Shown piece by piece: positions 39,587-49,397 of a stretch of 64,000 nucleotides of DNA. A program made the translations under genes and the position numbers. The stretch spans positions 3,810 through 67,809 of the forward strand of contig BGZN01000002.1 in the NCBI GenBank assembly GCA_003864455.1, given 5' to 3'. Position 1 is the first letter of the stretch, and each line of letters starts with the position of its first letter. A model generated the notes under the pieces. The model did no database searches. It was given only the letters and a program-made list of their open reading frames with translations, and was not told where the DNA came from. This DNA comes from Candidatus Termititenax aidoneus. GTDB lineage: Bacteria; Margulisbacteria; Termititenacia; Termititenacales; Termititenacaceae.

Positions 39587-42500
39587 TAAAATATTCCTGC
39601 TCTTGGCTGTGCTGAGCGCTTTGCTGAGTGCGGAGTATACGACGGCCAATGTTTTGCAGCAGGTGGCGGCGAACGTGAACAGTTACAAAGATTTGCAAGC
39701 GGATATCAAGAGGTATCGGGCGCGGAATTTGACGGATATACCCGCGGCGGGAACGGTGGCCACCGGCAGTTATTATTTTACCAAGCACGGCATCAGCGGA
39801 AACTATATGGCGGTGGTCACTTATAATTATGGAGGCGAACTGGATGTCGGCAAGATAGTTAACGGCAAAATATATGACAACGAAGAAGACGGGGATCATT
39901 ATGTAGAAGAATTGCAGGAAAATATCTGGACGGAAATATACCCGGGCTTTGAGAATTATTTATTTGGCTTGCTGGAAGTAACAACACTGAATGAACTGGC
40001 CACGGATAATTATGTAGTGACCGCAGGCGTTAGCGTTTCGGCAAATTATGAGTATGCAGTTTTGTATATTTCGGGCAATGCGCTGACAGAGATAGGTTAT
40101 TACGTCACAGGCGATCTGCGAGCGCGCAGTATCTATTTGGAATACTCCAGCGCTGGGGATGACGGGGATGTATATTTGAAGAGAACCAGTTATGAGCTGG
40201 GCGGTGGGGAGCTGGATATAATTGAGTATGTGCAGCCCAGGTATGAGCCAATTGGTAACGAGGCAAATAGCTTTTTTCCAGTAGCGGACTGGCCGGAAGA
40301 AAAAGAGGATGAACAGGATGGAGAAAATGACGAGTGGCTGCCCGGGCATAATGTGAAGTATGAGGAGGGAGCGGAGCTGTCGCCGTTCGCGGCGTACGGA
40401 GTAGCCGGGGAGGAAGTGCCCGGACACAGCGGGGCGCTGCAATTGTCGTATACGGATTTGGTTCTGCCGGGAACTAACGGGTTGGATTTTGTCCTGAAAC
40501 GCAGCTATTTATCGCAGCAGATGAACGCAAGCCCAAAGCCAAATTCATTCAGGGAAAATCCCTTTCGGGTAAGCTATCCGGTGGACAGCGCATTTTTTGG
40601 ACAGCTATAAACAGATATCGCCGGACGGGTGGGGCGGCTGGATGGGTAGAGGGTGGCAGACAAATATTGGCGGGGAGCTGTATATAAATGAGGTGAGGAC
40701 ATTTGCAGTAGGCGGTCCGATATATCCGGCTATAGGGGAAGCCAACGTTGTTTCAACAATAGTGCGAACATTCACATTTCAGACAGCGGATGGACAACGC
40801 GGGGACTTTTATGATGAGAACGAAGAGGAAACCACACTGTCTTTGGGCGCAGGTATCCTTACGAGCATAGGCAAAGATTATAACCTTTTGACCTATTACC
40901 GGGATCAGTTGGAGGGGGAAAACAAATTGAGCCCGCCCGGACGGTTTGTGGGTCCGGCGGACAAGCGGCAGAAGATGAAGCTGGAAGTTGTGAATGAGGG
41001 GCATTATATAGTGTACGGACCTAACGGGATGAAGTATCATTTCAGGTTGGAAATATTTGAAAAGAACGCTAATTGGCAGAAAGAGTGGAAAAAACGGCTC
41101 AGTGTTTGCGCTGATGAGGATGTATACGGCGATAGAATTCAAGACCAGAGTGTATTATCTAACGGAGATAGAGGATGTGAATAATAATAAAATAACGGTG
41201 GAGTATGAAAAGTTGTTTGATAAAGTGACAGACAGCAAGACCAAGCAAAAGACAAGAACCAGAACTGAGGCTAAGTGGAATTATATAGAAGCAGCGGGGC
41301 TTTACGAGGAGATAGCGGCGCAGACATTATTACCCAGTATACCTGGTTTGGGGCTGGCGCTGAGTTCGTACCAGGGCTTGATGAAAGCGATACTTGATGA
41401 TGAGGATAAAGTCGCCGCATTTGCCAAGCATGCCCTGTTCGACAGTGCGCTGGATATAGGGGGGAATACAGACCAGCAGTTTCAGGAAGTTCTGGAGAGG
41501 CAGGTATTGAGCAATGTTTATTCAAAATATATGACGGAGGCGGCGACAGACATTATATTGTCGGCAATGGAAATGGTGCCGCCGGGTCCGTGGCAGATGC
41601 CGGCTAAAGCTTCTATATTTGTAGGCAGTCAGTATTTAATGCACGCCAGCGTCAGCGATACGCGGTATAAGAGCGAGGTGAAATATGGTGTAAGCGGCTG
41701 GCGGCCGAAGAGAGTGATGGACACGCTGGGGCGGAAGATAGAGTTTGGATATGGCAGGGACTATGATTCGGAGCATATCGGGGACTCGCAAATCCGGTAC
41801 GTGAAGTATAAAGATGTGAATGGGAACGATGCGCAGATCGAGTATCATTATGACGGACAGGGCTATTTGGACAAAGTAACGTATCCGGCAGGGAATCCGA
41901 TAGAGTACAAGTACCGGGCACATGAATACGGGAAACTACTAAGCGCGGCGCAGCATCCGAGCGGATACCGGAGCGAATATGAATATAGATGGTATCAGCC
42001 GAACGCGGACGTAACGACGCTGACGCCGGTGAGCGGGGAGGAGAATAAGAGATGGAGCTATTACCTGGTGAGCAAAAAGACACACCAGGATGGAGAAGGT
42101 GATAGGCGGGAGACAAATTATGAGTACCGGAACGGGGCATATTATAATTTGAACAAGGAAGGTAATATAGAAGGGCGGCGGTGGGAATTTCAGAAACATA
42201 AGGTCATCGATGCGCTGGGGCAGGTGACGGAGAAGGAATATATAATCGGGCAGCCGTATTATATAATTTATCCGCCGATGGATATAGGTAATGGGGAGAC
42301 GACACAGCGCCGGGAGCGGAATGAGTATGATATTCTGGGCCGGACATATTTGCTGGAGAGACGGGTGATCTTGAAGGGGACAAATATGCAGGAGAAGAGG
42401 TACTCGTACGATGAGTACGGGCAAGTAACGCAGGTCGTAGATGAAGGCTTTTATAATGTGACACGGGACCAGCGAATCACGCGCATAAGGTATGATGATT

Positions 42501-45500
42501 CGCTGCATCATAAAGAGATTAATGTGTTTGGGACAACGCTCAATATGCTGGATGGGCCGAATATCTACGGACTGGTGGCGGAGCAGTATGTAGAGGAGCC
42601 GGAGAAGGACGCGGGTAAGAAGTACGGACACGTAAAGCGGGAATACGACGGCAGGGGACGGCTGACGAAAGAACAAAAATACTATACGGACAGTAGTTTC
42701 ATAGAGGACAGATACGAATATGACAGTTCCGGAAATATAACGACACACAGAGACCCAAATGGCAATCCGACGACGTATACGTACCAATACAATGCGTATC
42801 CGCAAACACAGAGCAAAATAGTGGATGGGAAGACATACAGGACGGAGAGCAATTATTCACAACATACCGGCGCACTACTTGACCGGAGAGACGAAAATGA
42901 CTACCGGATAGAATACGCGTATGACAAGCTGGGCAGAAAGATAAAGGAGAGGCATCCGGACGGGGCGGAAATAAAGACAGCTTATCTGGACAATTTGTAC
43001 CGGACGGAAGTAACGGACAGGAAAAGCCGGAAGACGATTTATAACTACAATCCATACGGGGAATTAAAGACGGTAACCGACCCGCTCTACAACACGACGA
43101 CATATAAGACAGATAAGCTGGGGAGACTGGAGACGATAAGCTTAGCGGACGGCAGACAATATAAATATGGGTATGATGTATTGAACCGGGCGACGCGGAT
43201 CACGTATCCGGACGGGAGTTCTGGAGTAAAGGGTTATGAGGACAGCCGGAATAGAGTAAGCGTGTATGACGAGAACGGGCACGGATATATGTATGACCGG
43301 GACGCTTACGGGAATCTGATCAGAGTGGTACGCGGGGATAATAACAGCGATCTGCAATACGAATACGAGTATAACGCGTTGAAGAGTATCGCATCGCCGC
43401 CGAGATATGCGCCGGAGGACATACTGCATATATATGGAGCGACGCGCTATGTCACGGGATTTGCGAACGACCTCTTGGGGCGGAGAACGAGGAAGACACA
43501 GCCGGACGGGACGAGCGAACAATTCTACTATGACGCGAACAGCAATTTAACTAAACACATTAACTATGAGGGCAAACAAATAGACTACACGTATGACGGA
43601 TTGAACAGGGTGAAGGACGAGGTGTATGGGGATACACAATACAATGTGTATTACGAGTATGACGATGGGGCTAACGCGCTAACGAGACTGACGAAAGTGG
43701 AGGACAGCTCCGGGACTACCGAATACAAATATAACGACTTGGGGCTGATAACGGAGGAGAAGAAAACGTTTATGGTTGGTTCGACTCCGCTCACCAACCA
43801 AGGGACGGAGTACACGACGAAGTATGAGTATGATAACACTGGTTTGTTACTATCGATAGAGTATCCTCAGGTACACGGGCAGAATGTAAATGTATCTTAT
43901 GAATATGATGATTTGGACAGGATAAAGAGCTTAAAGCTGAACGGCAGCGCGTTAATAACGAACACTTACGATAACACCGGCAGATTGACGCAGAAAGATT
44001 ACAGCAATGGAGTGAGAGAGACATACAAGTATGATGCCAAAGACAGATTGGTGGAGCATGAAGCGGCGGTTCGACAGGCTCACCGACCGATGGCTGAGCC
44101 TGTATCCTACGGATACGCTGGCGAAGCCATATTCCTGTACAAATACGAGTATGACGCGGCGGGGAATATGGTGCGGAGGGACATCACGGACGGGAATGTA
44201 TTGAGGCGTATGGACACGTATGAATATGATTATATCAACCAGTTAAAGGTAGTGAACGTGCCGGGGGCAAGAGACCTGGAGCTGAGCTATGACGAGACGT
44301 TTAACCGGACGAGTATGAAGCACGAGTATGGAATGATAAGCTACAATTACAACACGACGATGAATTTCTTGCTGAATTACGCAGAAGACACGGACGGGGA
44401 CGGGGCATATGAAATGAGCGTGCAGTATGCGTATGACCGACAGGGGAATCCAGTGAGCAAGGTGTACAGAGACCTGCGCGATGGGCAGAGCGTCCGCGAG
44501 ACAGCGCGGGAGAATTATGTCTGGAACGACCGCGACGAGCTGACCAAAATAGAGGGGAGAGTAACGGAGAGTTACGTGTATGATTACAGAGGGTTGAGGC
44601 ACGTAAAGCAAAACCCGGACAACACGTACAAGTATGTATACCTGCAGAATAGCCAACCTGCGCTGAAAGAAAGTGTGAGTGAGAATTATACGGACATATA
44701 TGTATATGAAGGGACGAGGAGAGTGGCGAGGGTGCGGTTCGACTCCGCTCACCGCACGGAGACAGAGATATTCATAAATAACTATCAGGGAAGCCCGGTG
44801 GTAGTGCTGAGCGATACGGGGGACATCCAGTACCAGAAGTATTTAGACCCCTGGGGAAACATGGAGATGGAGGTAGGCGTGCCGTCTAGCGATATAGAGT
44901 TTCAGTATACGGATAAAGAATATGATGAAGATGTTATGTTCTATAATTTTTGGAGAAGGTATTATGATCCTTATGCGGGAAGGTTTATTGGGAGAGATAG
45001 AGTTCATTTAGAAGATAACCTAACAAAATTTTTCAGTACAAATCCATATAGTTACACTAAAAATAATCCGCTTAAATATGTTGATACAGACGGAAAAGAT
45101 GCTGTTTTGTATATAACTAACGATATTCCTGGTGCTGGACATATGGGTAGTTTTTATCAAGACAACAAAGGGAACTGGTATAGGCAAGATCTTGCTGCCA
45201 CGAACAGCAAAAGACCATTGTCGGTAACTGGCCTAGATGTGCAAGCAGACTGGAAGGTACAAAGATATGAAAAAGCTTCAAAAGCGGATATTTTGGATGT
45301 TGTTAATCTAGACAATAAGATAGTCTCCGCATTATATATTGAAATAGATGATCCAGATAAGGATCAGGCAGTATTTGATTTTTACAGCAACGCACAAAGT
45401 GAAATGAAATCGGGCAATAATAATTATAATCTCTATCAAGACAATTGTGCGCTTAATACGATTAAAGGAATAAATGCAGCAGGCATTGGTTTAGATGAGA

Positions 45501-45643
45501 GCTTTATTCCAAGCCTAGGATATACGAAGAATGTACAAAAAAACATGGATAAATCTGTATATGATTTGGGTATTCCTAATGCCAATATTTCGACATTCAC
45601 AATTCCCACTCCGATGAATGATGGAATGGAAGTGATAAAATGA
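39579..45643 (+). CDS. Full-length Rhs/YD-repeat polymorphic toxin with Sec signal peptide and papain-like C-terminal toxin (two +1 frameshifts; 2020 aa if repaired)
   Basis: MINKIFLLLAVLSALLSA signal; DUF6531-like GEEV..SGALQLSYTDLVLPGTNGLDFVLKRSY; many YD repeats; core end NPYSYTKNNPLKYVDTDGK; CT GHMG...YNLYQDNC; shifts at T6 40593-40598 and A6 41089-41094. Confidence 0.85.
42561..43402 (+). repeat. Rhs-core long direct repeat, block 1 (second copy 49551-50392)
   Basis: Near-identical sequence at a 6990-bp offset, from ATATCTACGGACTGG to GCATCGCCGCCG. Confidence 0.9.
43773..43800. repeat. In-frame palindromic REP-like element, site A (also 50754-50781; variant 53403-53432)
   Basis: TGGTTGGT-TCGACTCCGCTC-ACCAACCA; variant GCCGGCGCT-TCGACAGGCTC-AGCGACCGGC. 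Confidence 0.75.
44067..44130. repeat. In-frame composite palindromic element, site B (also 51048-51111, 53701-53764)
   Basis: CGGT-TCGACAGGCTC-ACCG, then an inverted unit ATGGC-TGAGCCTG[TATCCTACGGATAC]..CGAA-GCCAT with a nested GTATCC/GGATAC hairpin. Confidence 0.7.
44732..44757. repeat. In-frame palindromic element, site C (also 51713-51738, 54366-54391; variant 56122-56159)
   Basis: GTGCGGT-TCGACTCCGCTC-ACCGCAC; variant GACGCT-TCGACTCCGCTC-AGCGTC. Confidence 0.75.
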
Positions 45644-46029
45644 AACATTTTAATAAATATTGGTTACCTGTATCAATGACTTTATTCATTAACTCGCCAT
45701 TTTTAATATATAGTAAAGGTATTGTCTCTTTAACGATCTGTTCATTGATGTTTTTTATTGTATTAATTATTGTTGTATTTTGTTTTAACTTATTAGAAAA
45801 GAAACTTAATTGGTTCATTGAAAGCATCCTAGGTTTATTTGTTATTCTCATAACAACGTTTATTTTTTGGTTAATAATTGAGGATATATATTACAGGTTG
45901 AATATTCAGATTGTATTTGTTGAACCGCTCTGCTTGATGTTATACATAATAGGCTCGCCGATTTATATACTGACCAGTTTTTTAAAAACTATTGATGTCT
46001 CAGAAAATAATGAACACCGCTTGGGTTAG
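45640..46029 (+). CDS. Putative membrane immunity protein for the main Rhs toxin
   Basis: ATGA overlap with the toxin stop; AT-rich; about 4 hydrophobic segments. Confidence 0.7.
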   Translation: MKHFNKYWLPVSMTLFINSPFLIYSKGIVSLTICSLMFFIVLIIVVFCFNLLEKKLNWFIESILGLFVILITTFIFWLIIEDIYYRLNIQIVFVEPLCLMLYIIGSPIYILTSFLKTIDVSENNEHRLG

Positions 46030-46046
46030 GTTACCAACAATGAGAC

Positions 46047-46217
46047 ATGATAAAACAAATTTACAAAACTGGAGTAAAACTTATGGGCATTCAATATGGA
46101 AAAGATGGTTGGTTTAAAGAAGAATTTTTAACTGTTGGTGGTTACAATGGAATTGACGATATTACGGAAAACAGTTTGAGATTAGAACGTGGATTGGGTA
46201 TACGTACAGATTATTAA
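46047..46217 (+). pseudogene. Orphan C-terminal remnant of an M91/NleD-like toxin
   Basis: ...KEEFLTVGGYNGIDDITENSLRLERGLGIRTDY* aligns by eye with KEELSTVGLGFENIYSENALRLEKGFNARVQY* of 49394-52663. Confidence 0.7.
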
Positions 46218-46219
46218 AC

Positions 46220-46630
46220 ATGTTTTACGTAAGAAAAATATTACTATTGTTATTGATAATGTCATATGTGGTAGCTTGGGGAGATAAATACATGTCGAAC
46301 AAACAAATTATTGAAAAACAAATTCAAGATTATAATTCTTTAGATATTACAAGTGCTGAAAGAGATGCGAACAATGATATTATACAAGGCAAGCCAAAGC
46401 TTTTTTTTGAATTATCTATTTCTATGGTACTAATAACTGAAAACGATAAGCTATATAACTTGGCTGAAATGCCAACCTTTTCCAGACAGGTTATTGGTAA
46501 TGGTGATGTTGGTATAGATGAACTACAAAGTACAGAGGTGTATAAAGACGCATATTACAATGCTAAAACTTATGCTGTGAAATATAATGATGTTATTTTG
46601 AAACACTATAATATAAAACCTTTTGTATAA
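46220..46630 (+). CDS. Putative secreted immunity protein
   Basis: Signal peptide; starts right after the toxin remnant. Confidence 0.6.
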   Translation: MFYVRKILLLLLIMSYVVAWGDKYMSNKQIIEKQIQDYNSLDITSAERDANNDIIQGKPKLFFELSISMVLITENDKLYNLAEMPTFSRQVIGNGDVGIDELQSTEVYKDAYYNAKTYAVKYNDVILKHYNIKPFV

Positions 46631-46669
46631 CAGTGATGTTTTAGATTGTACATGATAAAGGGAGTGTAA

Positions 46670-47848
46670 ATGCTATCAGAACTGATAAAAAACAATAGTG
46701 CCAATCCACCGAAAATAACCGCGACGGAGAATTACACCTGGAACGACCGCGACGAGCTGACCAAAATAACGGGCAGAGTGACGGAAAGTTACACTTATGA
46801 CTACAGAGGGTTGAGGCATATCAAGGATAGTAACGGAGATATAACGGAATATGTCTATCTGCAAAATAACCAACCGGCTCTAGTATATGATGTGACGAGC
46901 AATTCCTATCAGGTGTTTGTCTGTGAAGGTAATAAAAGAATAGCCAAAATTGTCCTGCACGCGGCAAGACCGCTCACGACAGAGATATTATTGAATAATT
47001 ACCAGGGGTCTGTAATTGCCGTACTTGGTGAAGATGGAAGCATAAATTACCAAAAATATTTAGACCCCTGGGGTAATCTAGAAATGGAGATAGGAAAACC
47101 CAGCAGTAACACAAATTTCCAATATACTGATAAAGAGTTAGATACAGAGACAGACTTATATTATTTTCAGGCTAGGTATAGAGACCCGGTGGATAACAGG
47201 TTTTATGGGAGGGATAGAATAAAGTTAGAAGACAATCTTAAAAATTATTTCGGCATAAACTCATATTTATTTGTGAATAATAATCCGATTAAGAACAACG
47301 ATTCAAATGGACAATGGACAAAGCCTGTAAATGCAAATGCATATGTTGGATATGCTAATTCTTATTTTAATAAGAATAGTGATCATCCGTAGAGTAATAC
47401 TCCTTTATGGACGCAAATGAATACTCCGCTGAATGATATTAAAGGTATGGATTGTATTAGTTTTGCCTTGATAAATCTTAGACAGATGGATAGTGCCGGA
47501 ATATCAACGGAATTGATTTCTAATTGGCAAGAAGTATTTACTAGTGATAATCCTGTAAAAGATTTAGTTACAACAGCAAAGAATGATAAACATGGGTTGT
47601 CAGTTGTTAATTACGATTCAATGCAGAAAGGAGACTTAATAACTGTAGGTTACAAACATGTGGAAATCATTTCTGCTGTAAATAAAGATGAATCAGGTAA
47701 AGTTCTTTCATTTGATACATTTGCAGAACGGGGAGATACCAAGAGTGGAAATATAGCGAACCGAAAAGGGGTAAATATGGATTTTTTTACAAAAGGCTGG
47801 AATGTTGAGAAGGGAGATATAAATGTTATTAGAATTGACGAGAAATAA
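46670..47848 (+). pseudogene. Orphan Rhs tip + NlpC/P60-like (amidase/endopeptidase) toxin, split by one in-frame TAG
   Basis: 46670-47392 and 47417-47848 share a frame; TAG at 47390-47392; core end NNNPIKNNDSNGQ; CT GMDCISFA...QKGDLI...KHVEI. Confidence 0.75.
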
Positions 47849-48215
47849 AATCATAGTAATGCTTTTATTGTTAACGCTCTTTATGACTTATGGTTGTTCT
47901 AATGACAAAGTACGCATTACTAGAGTTATATATGATGAATTATCTAAAGGTGTTGAAGGAAACGATAAGATAAATTATAAAATTAATTTTGAAAAAATTA
48001 ATAAAGGTTATGCTCGGGTTTATGTATATTTTGAGGTAAAAGGAGCAGGTTATACTCAGCCGTGCTGGTATTATCTTAAAAAACTTGATAGCAATAACTG
48101 GAAAATTCTCGGTTACGGAACAGGGTATGTAGGGAAGGATTATGATGTAATTGGCGTGCCAACAGGAACGGTTAGATTGTCGGATTATTATCCTCCCGAT
48201 GCGGTTGGTTATTGA
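47823..48215 (+). CDS. Putative lipoprotein immunity protein
   Basis: Hydrophobic stretch then TYGC lipobox; overlaps the toxin end. Confidence 0.65.
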   Translation: MLLELTRNKIIVMLLLLTLFMTYGCSNDKVRITRVIYDELSKGVEGNDKINYKINFEKINKGYARVYVYFEVKGAGYTQPCWYYLKKLDSNNWKILGYGTGYVGKDYDVIGVPTGTVRLSDYYPPDAVGY

Positions 48216-48288
48216 TGTATGGGGATATAGAAATTGGTAGTTTTGGTTCTGGATCGGATTTGGGTTCAAATTCAACAGGAGGCAAACC

Positions 48289-48981
48289 ATGAAGAGAAAC
48301 TATTTTTTTGTGCTTTTATTATGCGTAAGCAGTGTTTTTATTGTATATGGATATAACTTATTTTTCAATCAGCCGTTAAGCATCAACAATATTCAGATTA
48401 AAGGAAATATGTTGATTTATAATTTCAAGAATAAAGAGTATCAATGGGAAATTAAACAGCCGTGGCTAGAATTAGAGGCAGGGAATCCGAATGTTATTCT
48501 TAAAAAAAATCTTGAGGCGTACGACATAGAGGATATAAGGATAGTAAATGCTTTAAATATTAGTGATGATAATCCGCCAGTTTTGTTTCTTAATTTATAT
48601 CGTCGCATAAAAATGTTCACACGAACAAATAGAAATAGATATGAATTAAATGACAAAGACGGCAATTATAAAGTGAAATGGTTAAATACTTTTTTTAATG
48701 AGATTGAACCATCTAAGTATAGCATCTATGATGATAGGCGGCGGATAATGATTTATATGAGCATTGATTATGTTGGTTACAAGGAGTACGGTGTTACAAA
48801 TAATGAGTTTGATGTCTGTAGTGCTATATACATTGATTTTCCAAAACAATTTCCTGATGTTAGGGGCATATATTATTCTTACCCTGATGACATGATTGTA
48901 ATTGTTACTGGAGATGAGTATACAGAAAATACTTTACTGGATAAATTGAAAGATAAACCAGTATTGATAAAAAGGATATAA
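48289..48981 (+). CDS. Putative orphan immunity/exported protein
   Basis: AGGAGG RBS; N-terminal signal/anchor; AT-rich; inside the cassette array. Confidence 0.6.
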   Translation: MKRNYFFVLLLCVSSVFIVYGYNLFFNQPLSINNIQIKGNMLIYNFKNKEYQWEIKQPWLELEAGNPNVILKKNLEAYDIEDIRIVNALNISDDNPPVLFLNLYRRIKMFTRTNRNRYELNDKDGNYKVKWLNTFFNEIEPSKYSIYDDRRRIMIYMSIDYVGYKEYGVTNNEFDVCSAIYIDFPKQFPDVRGIYYSYPDDMIVIVTGDEYTENTLLDKLKDKPVLIKRI

Positions 48982-48988
48982 AAATAAT

Positions 48989-49397
48989 ATGAGAACAAAA
49001 TACCAATATGACTACCGTGGCCTCCGCCACATAAAGGACATCAACGAACATAAAGATTGGTGGTCAGCCAGAGTGATGATAGCTAGACCTAATGTTAATT
49101 CGGTTGATAATGAAGTGTTGGAAATAGAATATATAGATGGCAGTCATTACGGAAGTGATCGTGTGCATGTTAAAAAAACAATATGTTGAATCAGTTTATC
49201 AGCAAATAATCAAATACTATGGAGTTCCTAATTATACTGATCAAGATTATAGAAACTATATAAAACATGTTTGGTTGACTTCAGAACCGATTGAGGCTGA
49301 AAAAATATACTATGTAGTGTTATATAAGCCAAATGATAATTATGATTATGCAATTATTACCGTTGGTATTGGAAAAGAGTGGGAAATTCTTAATTGA
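48989..49397 (+). pseudogene. Scrambled Rhs/immunity remnants
   Basis: Begins with the Rhs core motif YDYRGLRHIKD, then switches to unrelated AT-rich sequence in two overlapping short frames. Confidence 0.5.

Larger units (their letters stand above)
43680..44915 (+). repeat. Rhs-core long direct repeat, block 2 (copies ~50660-51900 and ~53300-54550)
   Basis: LTRLTKVEDSSG...YQKYLDPWGN segments shared with long identical nucleotide tracts; boundaries approximate. Confidence 0.88.

Noticed and set aside
43779..43789. GGTTCGACTCC resembles a tRNA T-arm (also near 44737, 50760, 51717, 54370)
   Set aside because: No acceptor, D or anticodon arms; it lies inside Rhs ORFs and belongs to the palindromic elements.
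47390..47392. Pyrrolysine or stop-codon reassignment at the in-frame TAG
   Set aside because: TAG is an ordinary stop for other genes here (for example at 17694 and 28782) and no pyl genes are seen.
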